From positions 256,001-320,000 of the forward strand of contig OZ219788.1 in assembly GCA_964291285.2 (NCBI GenBank): 64,000 nt of DNA, given 5' to 3'. The notes under the pieces were generated by a model. It was not told where the DNA came from and did not search any database. It was given only the letters and a program-made list of their open reading frames with translations. A program made the translations under genes and the position numbers. Origin of the DNA: Alphaproteobacteria bacterium (lineage in GTDB: Bacteria > Pseudomonadota > Alphaproteobacteria > Bin95). This document shows positions 33,811 to 44,796 of the stretch, one piece after another (within the stretch, counting starts at the first letter, position 1; each line of letters begins with the position of its first letter).

Positions 33811-35039
33811 CCGTCGCGGTCATCGTCAAGGGCTATCCGCGCCTCTCCGAGACCTTTATCGCACAGGAAATCCTGGGGCTGGAGGAACGCGGCGTCGCGC
33901 AGCGCATCGTCTCGCTGCGCCACCCGACCGATCCGGCGCACCACCCGATGCACGAGCGGATCGCGGCGCCCGTCCACTACCTGCCGGAATATGTCCGCGA
34001 GGAGCCGCTCCGCGTCTGGCGGGGCTGGCGGCGGGCGCGCCGGCTGCCGGGCTACCGCGCCGCACGTGCCGCCTGGCTCCGCGACTGGCGGCGCGACCCG
34101 ACGCCGAACCGGGGGCGGCGCTTCGCCCAGGCAGCGGTACTGGCGGCGGAACTGCCGGAGGACGTCGAGCGCTTCCATGTGCATTTCCTGCACACGCCCG
34201 CCTCGGTCGCCCGCTATGCGAGCCTGATGACCGGCCTGCCTTGGTCCTGCTCGGCCCATGCCAAGGACATCTGGACGACGCCCGAATGGGAGAAGCGCGA
34301 GAAGATCGCGGCGTGCGAGTGGCTGGTGACCTGTACCGGGTCCGGTGCGGCGCATCTGGCGTCGCTTGCGCCCGAGCCCGAGCGGGTGATGCTGGTCTAT
34401 CACGGCCTCGACCTCGGGCGCTTTCCTCCGCCGCCGGAGCGCGAGGCGCCCGACGGCAGCGACCCGGCCCGGCCCGTGGTCATCGCGTCGGTCGGCCGCG
34501 CAGTGGAGAAGAAAGGCTACGACGCGCTGCTCGCGGCGTTGCGCCTGCTGCCGCCGGAGCTGCATTGGCGCTTCGTGCATATCGGCGGCGGCAAGCTCGC
34601 CGGGCGGCTGGAGCGGGCGGCGGCGGACCTGCCGGCCCGGTTCCTCGGCGCGCAGCCGCAGGAGAGGGTGGTGGAGGAGCTCCGCAAGGCGGACCTTTTC
34701 GCGCTCGCCTGCCGGATAGCCCCCGACGGCGACCGCGACGGCCTGCCCAATGTGCTGATGGAGGCGGCCTCGCAGGGCCTGCCGGCCGTTTCCACGCGGG
34801 TCTCGGCAGTGCCCGAGTTCGTACGCGCCGGCGAGACCGGGCTGCTGGTCGAGCCGGAGGATCCGCAGGCCTTTGCGGCGGCGCTCGCCGCGCTCATCCG
34901 CAACCCGGCGGAAAGGGCCGCCATGGGCCGGGCGGCCCATGTGCGCGTCCGTACGGCCTTTTCCTTCGAGGCCGGCATCGACCGGCTCGCCGAGCGCTTC
35001 GAGTCGCCGACATGCGCATCGCGTTCTATGCGCCGCTGA
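33807..35039 (+). CDS. Glycosyltransferase family 4
   Basis: TTG start; KGYPRLSETFIAQE, SAHAKDIW, VGRAVEKKG, DGLPNVLMEA. Confidence 0.92.
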   Translation: MTVAVIVKGYPRLSETFIAQEILGLEERGVAQRIVSLRHPTDPAHHPMHERIAAPVHYLPEYVREEPLRVWRGWRRARRLPGYRAARAAWLRDWRRDPTPNRGRRFAQAAVLAAELPEDVERFHVHFLHTPASVARYASLMTGLPWSCSAHAKDIWTTPEWEKREKIAACEWLVTCTGSGAAHLASLAPEPERVMLVYHGLDLGRFPPPPEREAPDGSDPARPVVIASVGRAVEKKGYDALLAALRLLPPELHWRFVHIGGGKLAGRLERAAADLPARFLGAQPQERVVEELRKADLFALACRIAPDGDRDGLPNVLMEAASQGLPAVSTRVSAVPEFVRAGETGLLVEPEDPQAFAAALAALIRNPAERAAMGRAAHVRVRTAFSFEAGIDRLAERFESPTCASRSMRR

Positions 35040-36055
35040 AGCCGCCCGACCATCCCGTGCCTTCGGGCGAAAGGCAGATTGCGCGGCTCTTCCTGCGCGC
35101 GCTGGAGGCGGCCGGCCACAAGCCTTTCCTCGCCTCGCGCTTCCGCCCGCTGGACAAGCGGGGCGACCCCCGTCGCCAGCAACGCCTCGGGGCGCTCGGG
35201 GAGAGGCTCGCCGGGCGCCTGGAGGCGCGCCTGCCCGCCTTCGACGTCTGGTTCACCTATCATCTCTACTACAAGGCGCCGGACTGGCTCGGCCCCCGCC
35301 TCGCGGCGGCGCGCGGGGCGGCCTACTGGGTGGCGGAAGCATCCCACGCACCGAAGCGCGCCGGCGGCCCCTGGGATCTCGGGCACCGCGCCGTCGCGGA
35401 AGCCATAGCTCGCGCGGACCGGCTGTTCTGTCTCAACCCCAATGATCGCGCTTGCCTCGCGCAACTCGTCTCCCCGGAGCGTATGACCGATCTTCCGCCT
35501 TTTCTGGATGCGTCGGCGTGGCGGGCAGCGTCCTGCGTCGGCGACCCGCCCATGCTTGTCACCGTGGCGATGATGCGCGAGGGTGCCAAGCTTGCCTCAT
35601 ACCGCAGGCTGGGCGCGGCGCTGGCGGCGCTGGACGACCTGCCCTGGCGGCTGCTCGTTGTGGGCGACGGGCCGGCGCGCGAGCAGGTCGAGGCGGCATT
35701 GCCGGCCGGGCGCACCTGTTGGCTCGGGAGGCGGAGCGAAGCGGAACTGCCCGCCATTCTGGCGAATGCGGACCTCTTCGTCTGGCCGGCGGAGCGCGAG
35801 GCCATCGGCATGGCCCTGCTGGAGGCAGCGGCCGCCGGCCTGCCGGTCGTTGCGGCGGAAACGGACGGCGTGCCGGCGGTGGTGTCGCATGGCGAAACCG
35901 GCCTGCTGGCGCCGCCGGGCGACGCGGCCGCCTTGGCCGATGGCCTGCGGGCGCTGCTGACGGACCCGGACCGGCGCCGCGAAATGGGCGGGGCGGCCAG
36001 GAAGCGTGTGCTCGCGCGCCACGACATCGCTCAGGCGGCAGCGGCGCTGGCATGA
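35012..36055 (+). CDS. Glycosyltransferase family 4
   Basis: MRIAFYAPLKPPDHPVPSG, YHLYYKAPDW, EAIGMALLEA. Confidence 0.92.
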   Translation: MRIAFYAPLKPPDHPVPSGERQIARLFLRALEAAGHKPFLASRFRPLDKRGDPRRQQRLGALGERLAGRLEARLPAFDVWFTYHLYYKAPDWLGPRLAAARGAAYWVAEASHAPKRAGGPWDLGHRAVAEAIARADRLFCLNPNDRACLAQLVSPERMTDLPPFLDASAWRAASCVGDPPMLVTVAMMREGAKLASYRRLGAALAALDDLPWRLLVVGDGPAREQVEAALPAGRTCWLGRRSEAELPAILANADLFVWPAEREAIGMALLEAAAAGLPVVAAETDGVPAVVSHGETGLLAPPGDAAALADGLRALLTDPDRRREMGGAARKRVLARHDIAQAAAALA

Positions 36056-36639
36056 CGCTCCTCGCCCTCATCCGGCACGGTCCGACCGCCTGGAACCGGG
36101 AAAGGCGGGTTCAGGGGCGCCGCGACATTCCCCTCGATGCCAAGGGCGTGGCGGAGGTTGCGTGCTGGAAACTACCGCCGGCCTTCTCCTCCTTCGACTG
36201 GGCAGCGAGCCCGCTTGCCCGCGCGCGGCGCACGGCGGCCGTGCTGGCCGGCGGCGCGGTTCCATCTGCGCAGGCGCTCATCGAGATGGACTGGGGTGCG
36301 TGGGAGGGGCGGCGGCTGGCGGAGCTCCGCGCCGAACTCGGGCCTGAGATGGCCGAAAACGAGGCGCGCGGCCTCGACTTCCTGCCGCCCGGCGGCGAGA
36401 GCCCGCGCATGGTCCAGCGCCGTCTTGCGCCCTGGCTTGAGAACATCGCCCGCCGCGGCCGGCCGACGGTCGCGGTCGCGCATCGCGGCGTAATTCGCGC
36501 GCTCTACGCCGCAGCCGCCGGATGGGACATGCTGGAGCGGCCGCCCCGCGCACTCTCCTCGCCGGCGGCGCATCTGTTCGAAGTCGCGCCGGGCGGGCGG
36601 CTGCGGCTCCGCTGTCTCGATGTGCAGGCATTCCGATGA
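36052..36639 (+). CDS. Histidine phosphatase (phosphoglycerate mutase family)
   Basis: LIRHGPTAWN, SPLARARRTA, EMDWGAWEG, GGES, VAHRGVIR. Confidence 0.93.
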   Translation: MTLLALIRHGPTAWNRERRVQGRRDIPLDAKGVAEVACWKLPPAFSSFDWAASPLARARRTAAVLAGGAVPSAQALIEMDWGAWEGRRLAELRAELGPEMAENEARGLDFLPPGGESPRMVQRRLAPWLENIARRGRPTVAVAHRGVIRALYAAAAGWDMLERPPRALSSPAAHLFEVAPGGRLRLRCLDVQAFR

Positions 36640-37766
36640 AGGTCTTCTTCTGGGTCCAGCACCTGCTCGGCATCGGCCATCTGCGCCGCACGCTGTCGCT
36701 GGCGAGGGCGGCGGCCGCGGCCGGCATCGAAACCGTCGTCGCCTCGGGCGGCCTGCCGGTGCCCGGGGCCGACCCCGGCGGGGCAAAGCTCGTGCAGCTT
36801 CCACCGGTGCGCGCCGTGGACCGCTATTTCAAGCAATTGGCGGACGAGCGGGGCCGCCCTATCGACGATGCCTGGCGCGGCAGGCGGCGGGCGGCGCTGT
36901 TCGAGGCCTATGACGCGGCGCGGCCGGACGCCCTGGTTACGGAGCTGTTTCCCTTCGGCCGCCGGCAATTGCGCTTCGAGTTGGAGCCGCTGCTGGCGCG
37001 GGCGAAGGCCGACGGCTGCACGACCGTCTCCTCGGTGCGCGACATTCTGGTTGAGCCGGACAAGCCCGAACGCATCGGCGAGATGCTGGAGCGGGTAAAG
37101 CGCTGGTACGATCTGGTGCTGGTCCACGGCGACCCGGCCTTCGTGCCGTTCGATGTGACCTTTCCGGGCCTCGACGAGATCGCGCCGCTCGTGCGCTATA
37201 CCGGCTACACGGTGGACCGGGCGGAGGCCCCGCCCTGCGGTGACGGGGAGGGCGAGGTTCTGGTCTCGGCCGGTGGCGGAGCGGTCGGCGAGCCGCTGCT
37301 GCGCGCCGCGCTTGCCGCCCGCCCGCTCTCGGCCGCCCGCGACCGCCGCTGGCGCTTCCTCGTCGGCGAGGGGCTGCCGGACGCCGTGTTTTCCGACCTC
37401 GCGCACGCCGCGCCCTCCGGCGTCATCGTGGAGCGCGCCCGGCCCGACTTCCAGGGGCTGCTCGCCCGCGCGCATCTCTCGGTCTCCCAGGGCGGCTACA
37501 ACACGGTGATGGAGGTGCTGGCGGCGGGGCTCCGCGCTGTCGTCGCGCCCTATGCGGGCGGGCATGAGAGCGAACAGACCCTGCGCGCCCATGCGCTGGC
37601 GGAGCGCGGGGCCTTGCAGGTCGTGGCCGAGGATGACCTGTCGCCGGAGCGCCTGGCCGCCGCCATAGACAGGGCGCTCGCCGGCCCGCCGCTTTCCACC
37701 GCCGGTATCGACCTCGGCGGCATTGCGGCGACGATCGCCCTGTTGCAGGGCCTCGATGGCCGCTGA
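36636..37766 (+). CDS. Predicted GT-B glycosyltransferase (GT28 C-terminal-like)
   Basis: VQHLLGIGHLRR, ELFPFGRR, VSAGGGAVG, SQGGYNT. Confidence 0.9.
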   Translation: MKVFFWVQHLLGIGHLRRTLSLARAAAAAGIETVVASGGLPVPGADPGGAKLVQLPPVRAVDRYFKQLADERGRPIDDAWRGRRRAALFEAYDAARPDALVTELFPFGRRQLRFELEPLLARAKADGCTTVSSVRDILVEPDKPERIGEMLERVKRWYDLVLVHGDPAFVPFDVTFPGLDEIAPLVRYTGYTVDRAEAPPCGDGEGEVLVSAGGGAVGEPLLRAALAARPLSAARDRRWRFLVGEGLPDAVFSDLAHAAPSGVIVERARPDFQGLLARAHLSVSQGGYNTVMEVLAAGLRAVVAPYAGGHESEQTLRAHALAERGALQVVAEDDLSPERLAAAIDRALAGPPLSTAGIDLGGIAATIALLQGLDGR

Positions 37767-38466
37767 CCCCTGGCAGGCGCTGGCCGGCGAGCTCGACCTG
37801 TGGCCGGAGCCCGCGGACTTCTGGTGGCGCGATGACGACGCCGCGGCCTGGTCGCCCGCGCTGGAACGGCTGGTCGAAGCGCTGGACGGCGTTCCCTTTG
37901 CACTTGCGGCCGTCCCGGCGGAAGCCGCCGCAGACCTGCCGGGCGCGATCCTCCAGCATGGATGGCGGCACGGGAACCATGCCGGCCCGGCGGAGAAGAA
38001 AGCGGAGTTCGGTCCCCACAGGCCGCAGGAAACCATGCTGGTCGAGCTCGAAGCCGGCCGCGAGCGGCTCAAGGCGCTTTACGACCGGCGCTTCCTGCCG
38101 GTTTTGGTTCCGCCCTGGAACCGGATCGACCCGGCGCTGGCGGCGCGGCTGCCGGGGGCGGGCTGGCAGGGCCTCTCCGTTTTCCGCCCGCGCCGAAGCC
38201 CGTTCGAGACCAATGCCCATGTCGATCCGGTCGCCTGGCGCACCCATCGCGGCTTTCGCGGCGAGGCTGAGGTGCTCGACGACATCGCCGCCCATCTCCG
38301 CGCCCGGCGGACGGGAACGGCCGATCGGGGCGAGCCGACGGGTATCCTCTCCCACCACCTCGTCGCCGACGAGGCGGGGTTCGCCTTCTTCCGCGAACTC
38401 GCCCGCTTCGTCGCGGCTCATCCCCGCGCCGGCTGGCGGGACCCGGCAACGCTCTGGCCGGGCTGA
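37756..38466 (+). CDS. Polysaccharide deacetylase-like protein
   Basis: WWRDDDA, QHGWRHGNH, LVPPWNRI, GILSHH. Confidence 0.88.
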   Translation: MAADPWQALAGELDLWPEPADFWWRDDDAAAWSPALERLVEALDGVPFALAAVPAEAAADLPGAILQHGWRHGNHAGPAEKKAEFGPHRPQETMLVELEAGRERLKALYDRRFLPVLVPPWNRIDPALAARLPGAGWQGLSVFRPRRSPFETNAHVDPVAWRTHRGFRGEAEVLDDIAAHLRARRTGTADRGEPTGILSHHLVADEAGFAFFRELARFVAAHPRAGWRDPATLWPG

Positions 38467-38588
38467 AACATCCGGGCCAAGTTGCAGTTTCCTGTCGAAC
38501 CGCTGTATCTCTCACCCCACGCATCGTCCTGCGGATAATCTGCGGCTCGTCGGGCAGACCCGACGCCAAACCCTGCGAGGCCGGTCCT

Positions 38589-39047
38589 ATGCAAATGACG
38601 CGATACAGCGATTACTCCCTGAGGACGCTCATCTATCTCGGCCTCCACCGCGACCGGCGCTGCACGATCCGGGAAATCGCCGACGCCTACGGCATTTCGG
38701 AAAACCACCTGATGAAACTTGTCCACCAGCTCGGCCGGGAGGGATTCGTCAGGACGACCCGGGGGAAGAACGGCGGCCTCGAACTCGCCCGCCCGGCGCG
38801 CGAGATCGGCGTGGGCGCGGTGTTTCGCGCGATGGAGGGGAACTTCCATCTGGTCGAGTGTTTCAAGGAAGACGGGAACACCTGCCCGATCGCGGGGCCC
38901 TGCGTGTTGAGCCGGGTCCTCGACGAGGCCCTGCAAGCCTTCCTGGAGGTCCTCGACCGGCACACGCTCGAGGACCTTCTGGCCCCGTCGCATGCGCTCG
39001 GCCGCATATTCGCGGCCAGGCAGGAAGCCGCAATCCGTCTGCAATAG
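38589..39047 (+). CDS. nsrR: Rrf2-family regulator, NsrR-like
   Basis: TRYSDYSLRTLIYL, ISENHLMKLV, RGKNGGLELA, three Cys (ECF..CPI..CVL). Confidence 0.8.
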   Translation: MQMTRYSDYSLRTLIYLGLHRDRRCTIREIADAYGISENHLMKLVHQLGREGFVRTTRGKNGGLELARPAREIGVGAVFRAMEGNFHLVECFKEDGNTCPIAGPCVLSRVLDEALQAFLEVLDRHTLEDLLAPSHALGRIFAARQEAAIRLQ

Positions 39048-39078
39048 GCACCTCCGTCACCCCACTTCGTCCCGCTAG

Positions 39079-41092
39079 CCCGACTTCCGCAACTCGGGGG
39101 TCATGAGGATGCTAACTCATTGAATAGCCTTGATCGTCTCCCCGAGGGTCGGCACTACAAGGCGGCGAACGGAGAGGCGGCGCCGTGTGCCGTCAGGCGG
39201 AGATCCGGGGTGCGGGTTGCTGCGGCCAGGTCATGCCGAGCTGTTGCAGCAGTAGCTCGTGCTCCTTGTTCGGCCGGGTGTGGCGCGGCAGGACGAGGTG
39301 CCGGCCGTCGGTGGTTGGCAGATGGACGTCCACCATCTGGATGGTGGCGAAGGCCTCAAGGATGGCGCGTGGGGTGAGGCCCGGGGCGCGCGGCCGGGCG
39401 AGGTTCTTCAGGGTCACCAGCAGGCAGTAGGCGATGAACGAGACGAAGATATGCGCCTCGATGCGCTCTTGGCGCTGATGGAAGATGGGGCGGATCGCGA
39501 GGTCGTGCTTGAGTTCCTTGAACGCCTGCTCGATCTCGACGAGCTGCATGTACAGATGCCACAGCGTGGCGGGGTCTTCGGCGACCATGTTGGATCGCAG
39601 CAGGTAACGGCCCTCGCGGCGGCGGACCTGGCGCAGCCGGTCGCGCTGCAGGCGGAATGAGAAGCCGTTGGCGGCGAGTTCGCTGTCGGTCCCGGGCACG
39701 GTGATGTCGACCAGGCTCCAGGCCCGGCCGGCCTCCTTCCTGGCGGCGCCGAGCTTGAGCAACAACTGATCCCGGCTGTTCGACTGCCCTTGCAACTCGG
39801 CCAATCGACGCCACAGCCTCTTCAGCCGGCGCCGGCGCATGCCGCGTTCCTTCACCTGCCGCCCCTCGCTGCGCACCAGGACGTAGAGCTCGCCATCCTC
39901 GACCAGAAGCTTGACAGTCACGGACTGGCGCACCTCCTGCCAGGGCAGGCCCAGGAACACCTTCTCGAGCCGCGTCAGCCGGCCCTTGGGCGTGCCCACC
40001 AGGTAGCGCACCGGCGCCTCGCCCTCGCGCATCGCGGCCAGCGTCTCCTCGGTGGGGATGCCGCGGTCCATGATCCACACCCGCTCGGAGCGGCCATACT
40101 GATCCTCGATCTTCTTGAGGAACGCCGCCAGCGTGGTGTCGTCGGAGGTGTTGCCCGGCATCACCTCATAGGCCAGCGGAAAGCCCTGCGGCGTAACGAT
40201 CAGGGCGATCACCACCTGCACGCAGTCGGGCCGCTTGTCCCGGCTGTAGCCGAAGCGGCGCTTGTCATCGAACGGCGGATCGCTCTCGAAGTAGGTCGAG
40301 GTCAGGTCGTAGAGCAGCACGTCGAAGCGCGCCTCGAACAGCGTCGCCCAGCGGTCGCGCAGAAACGAGAAGAAGCCCTGCTTGTGCGCCAGCAGCTTGT
40401 CGAGACAGCGATAGAGTGTGTCGTCGGCGATCGCCCGCTCGCCACCCAGAAGATCGCGAAGCGCGCTGTGCTCATACCAGTGACGGTGAAGGCGCCACTC
40501 GCTGCCCGGGTCGATCAGCCGGTAGCAGACCTGGATCTTCAGGATGTCCAGCCACCGCGTGCCTTGCCGGCTCGCCGGCAGCCGCTCTTCCCAGAAGCGG
40601 TCCAGGTCCAGGCGGTCCCACAAGGACAGCGCCAGCCAGCACGCCCCCCACTGGCGCGGGTCGTGAAGCGCCACCTGCGAGAGGTCGATCTTCACCACTT
40701 CGCAAGTCAGCGCCGGCGCCTCCCGGTCCTCGGGAAACAGCGCCATCTGCCGTGATCGCGACTTGCCCTTCACCACCTCGATCGAGCGGCACCACGCCGC
40801 TCGCTGGCTGTCGTTGATCTCCCCGAGATAGAGCACCTGACGCTGAACAACCCGACCGCCGTGGACCCGGACGTTCTCCACAACGCTCCAGTAGCGGTGC
40901 TCCTTGCCGTCCTTGAAGCGTCTCTTGCAGCGCACGAACATCAGCGCAGCGTCCGGATCTTCGCCAGCCCGATCAAGGGGGTAGGTCGGCACTACAAGCC
41001 GGTCCCGAGAGGTACTGCACCGAAATCCGACACTTCTCGCGCCGGAAAACCGTCAAATCAGTCGATTCTCAAGCCGAGTTGCGGAAGTCGGG
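39079..41092 (-). mobile_element. IS1634-family element B; transposase 39193..40941
   Basis: Perfect 19-bp IR CCCGACTTCCGCAACTCGG; YDLTSTYFE, GYSRDKRPD, MDRGI, IRPIFHQ; no target duplication. Confidence 0.93.
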
Positions 41093-41123
41093 ATAGCGAC
41101 ACAGTCGCGCCGGCGGGCGGCTG

Positions 41124-41321
41124 TCAGTGCATCAGGCGCGGACGGTCCGCCGTGTCCTGCCCGGAGAAGCGGAGGACCGTCCGGCACGGCCGGTCCGCAT
41201 CCACGGCAGTGCTTTCGCAAGGCGGGTCTTCTTTCGACGAGGACTGCGTCCGGTAGGAGCGCGACGCGGAGACGAGCAGGGCGGCGAGGGTCTTCGAGTC
41301 GATATTTCTCAAGGTGAACAT
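41124..41321 (-). CDS. Small hypothetical protein
   Basis: ORF downstream of the porin gene; no recognisable motif. Confidence 0.3.
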   Translation of the reverse strand: MFTLRNIDSKTLAALLVSASRSYRTQSSSKEDPPCESTAVDADRPCRTVLRFSGQDTADRPRLMH

Positions 41322-41716
41322 GGCGGGGCCTACAGATCGGAGCCGCCGTCCTCCCCGGCGCCCATTGTTTCGTGCCTGTGGAAATCCGTTCCTTCCGGAG
41401 GCGGCGTGCCGCCTCCGGAAGTTATCCGCCGGCCTCCCTAGAACTCGGCGGCGAGCTGCAGGGTGACGGTGCTGCCGCTCTTGCCGGTGCCGCAGGCTGG
41501 AGCATATCCTCCCTCATCGTCCTCCCCGCCTGTGCAGGCGCCCGCACCGTAGTCGTTGTGGCGAGCATATTCGAGCGCGACGCCGACGCCCTCTACAAGT
41601 TCGGTGGAGAAACCGAACAGGACGCGGCTCTCGGGCATTTCCAGACCGACCGCCTCCCGGGTGCGCTGCCAGCCGGCGGCGAATACGACTTCCCGGTCGC
41701 CCATCTCCAAGGCGTA

Positions 41717-44700
41717 ATACCAGCGGGCATAGTTCAGAACCCATTGGCCCATTTTCGGGTTCCGATGGAGGCGATGCGTTCTGGTTGTGAGACGAGATTG
41801 TTCCAGGCCTGGCAGCAGTGATCGAGTATGTCGTCGTAGTTCTGGAAGACGCGGTTCGAGAGCCAATTTTCGCGCATGAACTGCCAGACATTCTCGACGG
41901 GATTGAGCTCGGGGGACCGGGGCGGGAGCGGCATCAGGGTTATGTTGTCGGGGACTTTGAGGGCCGGGGATGTGTGCCATCCGGCCCGGTCGAGCATGAC
42001 GAGGGCATGGGCTCCGGGTTCAACGGTGAGGGCGACCTCGGCGAGGTGGGCGTTGAGTGCCTCCGTGTTGGCGTGGGGCATGACGAGGCCGGCGGCCTTG
42101 CCCTTCTGCGGGCATATGGCGCCGAAGATGTAGGCCGAGATGGTTCTCTGGTCCTTGGGCGCTGACGGTCGGGTGCCGCGTTTAGCCCATCGCCGGGTGA
42201 TCTTGTTCTTCTGCCCGACGCGCGCCTCGTCCTGCCACCAGACTTCGACCTCGACGCCGTCGCCGAGTGCAGCGCGGATCTCCTTCAGGCGGTCGGGGAA
42301 GTTTTTTTGAACCCTGCCAGCGCGGCTTCGTCCTGGGCATAGTGGCGCGGGCGCGCAGAGAGCTTGGCCCAACTTGAACAGTCGGTGTCGATTTTTGCCG
42401 GGCGCGGTTTCGCCAAGTTGTTGAAATGATTGGATAGTGAGGTGATGATTGGCGCGGGTTGAGAAAAATGTAGTGAAACATTTTTGCTGATTTGGCCTTG
42501 TTTTCTTGATTGGTCGATATCGAAGACATACAACGCGGTCATGTTCGTGCGCGAAACGACCGCCCGGGGCCACCGCTATCTCTACCTCGTGGAGAGCGTG
42601 CGCGAGGGCAAGCGGGTGCGCCAGCGCACGATCCGCGCGCTCGGCCGCAAGGACGTGTTGCAGGCGAGCGGGGAGCTGGACCGTCTGATCGCGTCCCTGG
42701 CGCGCCATTCGGAGCGGTCCGTGGTGCTGGAGGACATGGAGGCGGGCGCGCTGGCCTGCGTGCGGGTCGGCGGTCCGCTGCTGTTCGGTCGGCTGTGGGA
42801 TCGGCTGGGCGTGGGCGCTGTCGTGAAGGAGCTTCTGGACGGTCGCGGCTTCGGGTTCGCCGTCGAGCGGGCGGTGTTTGTGAGCGTTCTGCACCGTCTG
42901 TTCGTGTCGGGTTCGGACCGGTCCTGCGAGAAGTGGATGGCCGACTACGCGATCGAGGGGATCGAGGGGTTGCGGCTTCATCAGCTGTATCGGGCGATGG
43001 CCTGGCTCGGGGAGGAGCTGGAGGCGCCGGCGGAAGGCGCGCTTGCGCCGCGCTGCGTGAAGGACGGGATCGAGGAGCGTCTGTTCGAGCACAGGCGGGA
43101 CCTGTTCACCGACCTGTCTGTGGTGTTCATGGACACCACGACGCTGTCGTTCCACGGCGCGGGCGGCGAGACGCTGGGCGCGCACGGCTACTCGAAGGAC
43201 CATCGCCCGGACTTGCGCCAGATGGTTCTGGCGGTGGTGCTGGACGGCGAGGGCCGGCCTGTGTGCACGGAGATGCTGCCGGGCAACACGGCCGACACCA
43301 GGGTGCTGCTGCCGATCGTGGACCGTCTTCGGTCACGCTTCGGGATCGGTCGTGTGTGCGTGGTGGCGGACCGGGGGATGATCTCGGCGGCGACGATAGC
43401 GGCGCTGGAAGAGCGGGGGCTGGACTACATCCTGGGCGCGCGCGAGCGGCGCACGAAGGTGGTCCGCGAGGTGGTGCTGAAGGACACGAAGCCCTTTGTG
43501 CCGCTGCTCCTCAAGCGTCCGCGCGGCGAGACGCAGCTGTTCGTGAAGGAAGTCACGGTGGGCGGCGCGCGCTACATCGTGTGCCGCAACGAGGCGGAAG
43601 CACAGAAGGACCGCGCCGACCGGCAGGCCGTGGTGGACGGCCTCCAGCGCCGCCTTGCGGACGGCGAGAAAGCGCTGATCGGCAACAGCGCCTACCGGCG
43701 TTATCTGCGCCGCACGGGCGCGGGCAAGGCGTTCGAGATCGACGCCGGCAAGCTCGCCGAGGAGGCCCGCTTCGACGGCATCTTCGTGCTGCGCACCAAC
43801 GCCGGCATGACGCCGCTCAATGCCGTGCTCCGCTACCGGGAGCTGCTCACGGTGGAAGACCTGTTCCGCCGGGCGAAGGCCCAGTTGCGCACCCGCCCGA
43901 TCTACCACTCCTGCGACGCCGCGATCCGCGGCCACGTCTTCTGCTCCTTCCTCGCGCTCGTCCTCCAGAAGGAACTGGCCGACCGCTGCGCCGCCGCCAA
44001 CGTCAACGTCGAATGGGACGACCTGATCCGCGATCTCGACCGCCTGCAAGAGGCCACCATCGAGAAGGACGGCAAGCGCATCACCACCCGCACCCATGTC
44101 GAGGGCCAGGTCGGAAAGGTCTTCCAGGCCGTCGGCATCGCGCTGCCGCCGAACTGGCGCGAACACAAAGCCTGACCGTCCCCAAAATCAACGAAATGTA
44201 GTGGGTACACCCGGCGATGCCGGTGTAACTCCCTGTTCTATCGAATACTTTTAATCGTCACTGTTGAAGTTGGGCTTGGCGTAGCCCATCCGGCGCAACT
44301 CCCGCCCGACCGTCGTCTCCGCCAACGAGATGCCGAACTGCTCGCTGAGCCATGCCGCCAGGTCGCAGCGCCGCCACCGCACCACGCCGTGGATCGCCGG
44401 GTCCGGACCGCTCTCCACAACCGCCGCCAGCGCCGCGCGCTGCTCCCCGTTCAACTTGCGCGGCGGACCTGAGGCCTTGCGATCCTTCAATCCCTCCGGG
44501 CCTTCCGCGTTGAAGCGAAGAACCCAGTCCCGGATGATCTGCAAGCCCACCCCCGCAAAACGCGCCGCATCCGAACGACGGTAACCGTCGTAAATCACCG
44601 CAAGCGCAAGAAGGCGACGGTTCTGCGAACCATACCGGCTCCGCTGCGCCAAGCCGCGCAACTGCGCCGCATCAAAATCCTCCCTCAAGGGGATTGCTGC

Positions 44701-44796
44701 CCTCATAACGACCCTCCAATCGCAGAATCGCTATTGAGCCAGAACTCGATAACCTTGGGAATCCCCTCAATGAGTCTCAACCCTCAACCGCTGGTA
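41717..44796 (-). mobile_element. IS630-family copy 2 (both ends present; orfA interrupted by IS1634)
   Basis: TACCAGCGG ends, TA duplication, TTCAAAAAAAC frameshift site, WQDEAR, DRAGWH, SPELNPVE. Confidence 0.93.
42368..44274 (+). mobile_element. IS1634-family element A, copy 2 (1907 bp; transposase 42541..44175 intact)
   Basis: CCCAACTT ends; CTTGG duplication. Confidence 0.95.
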
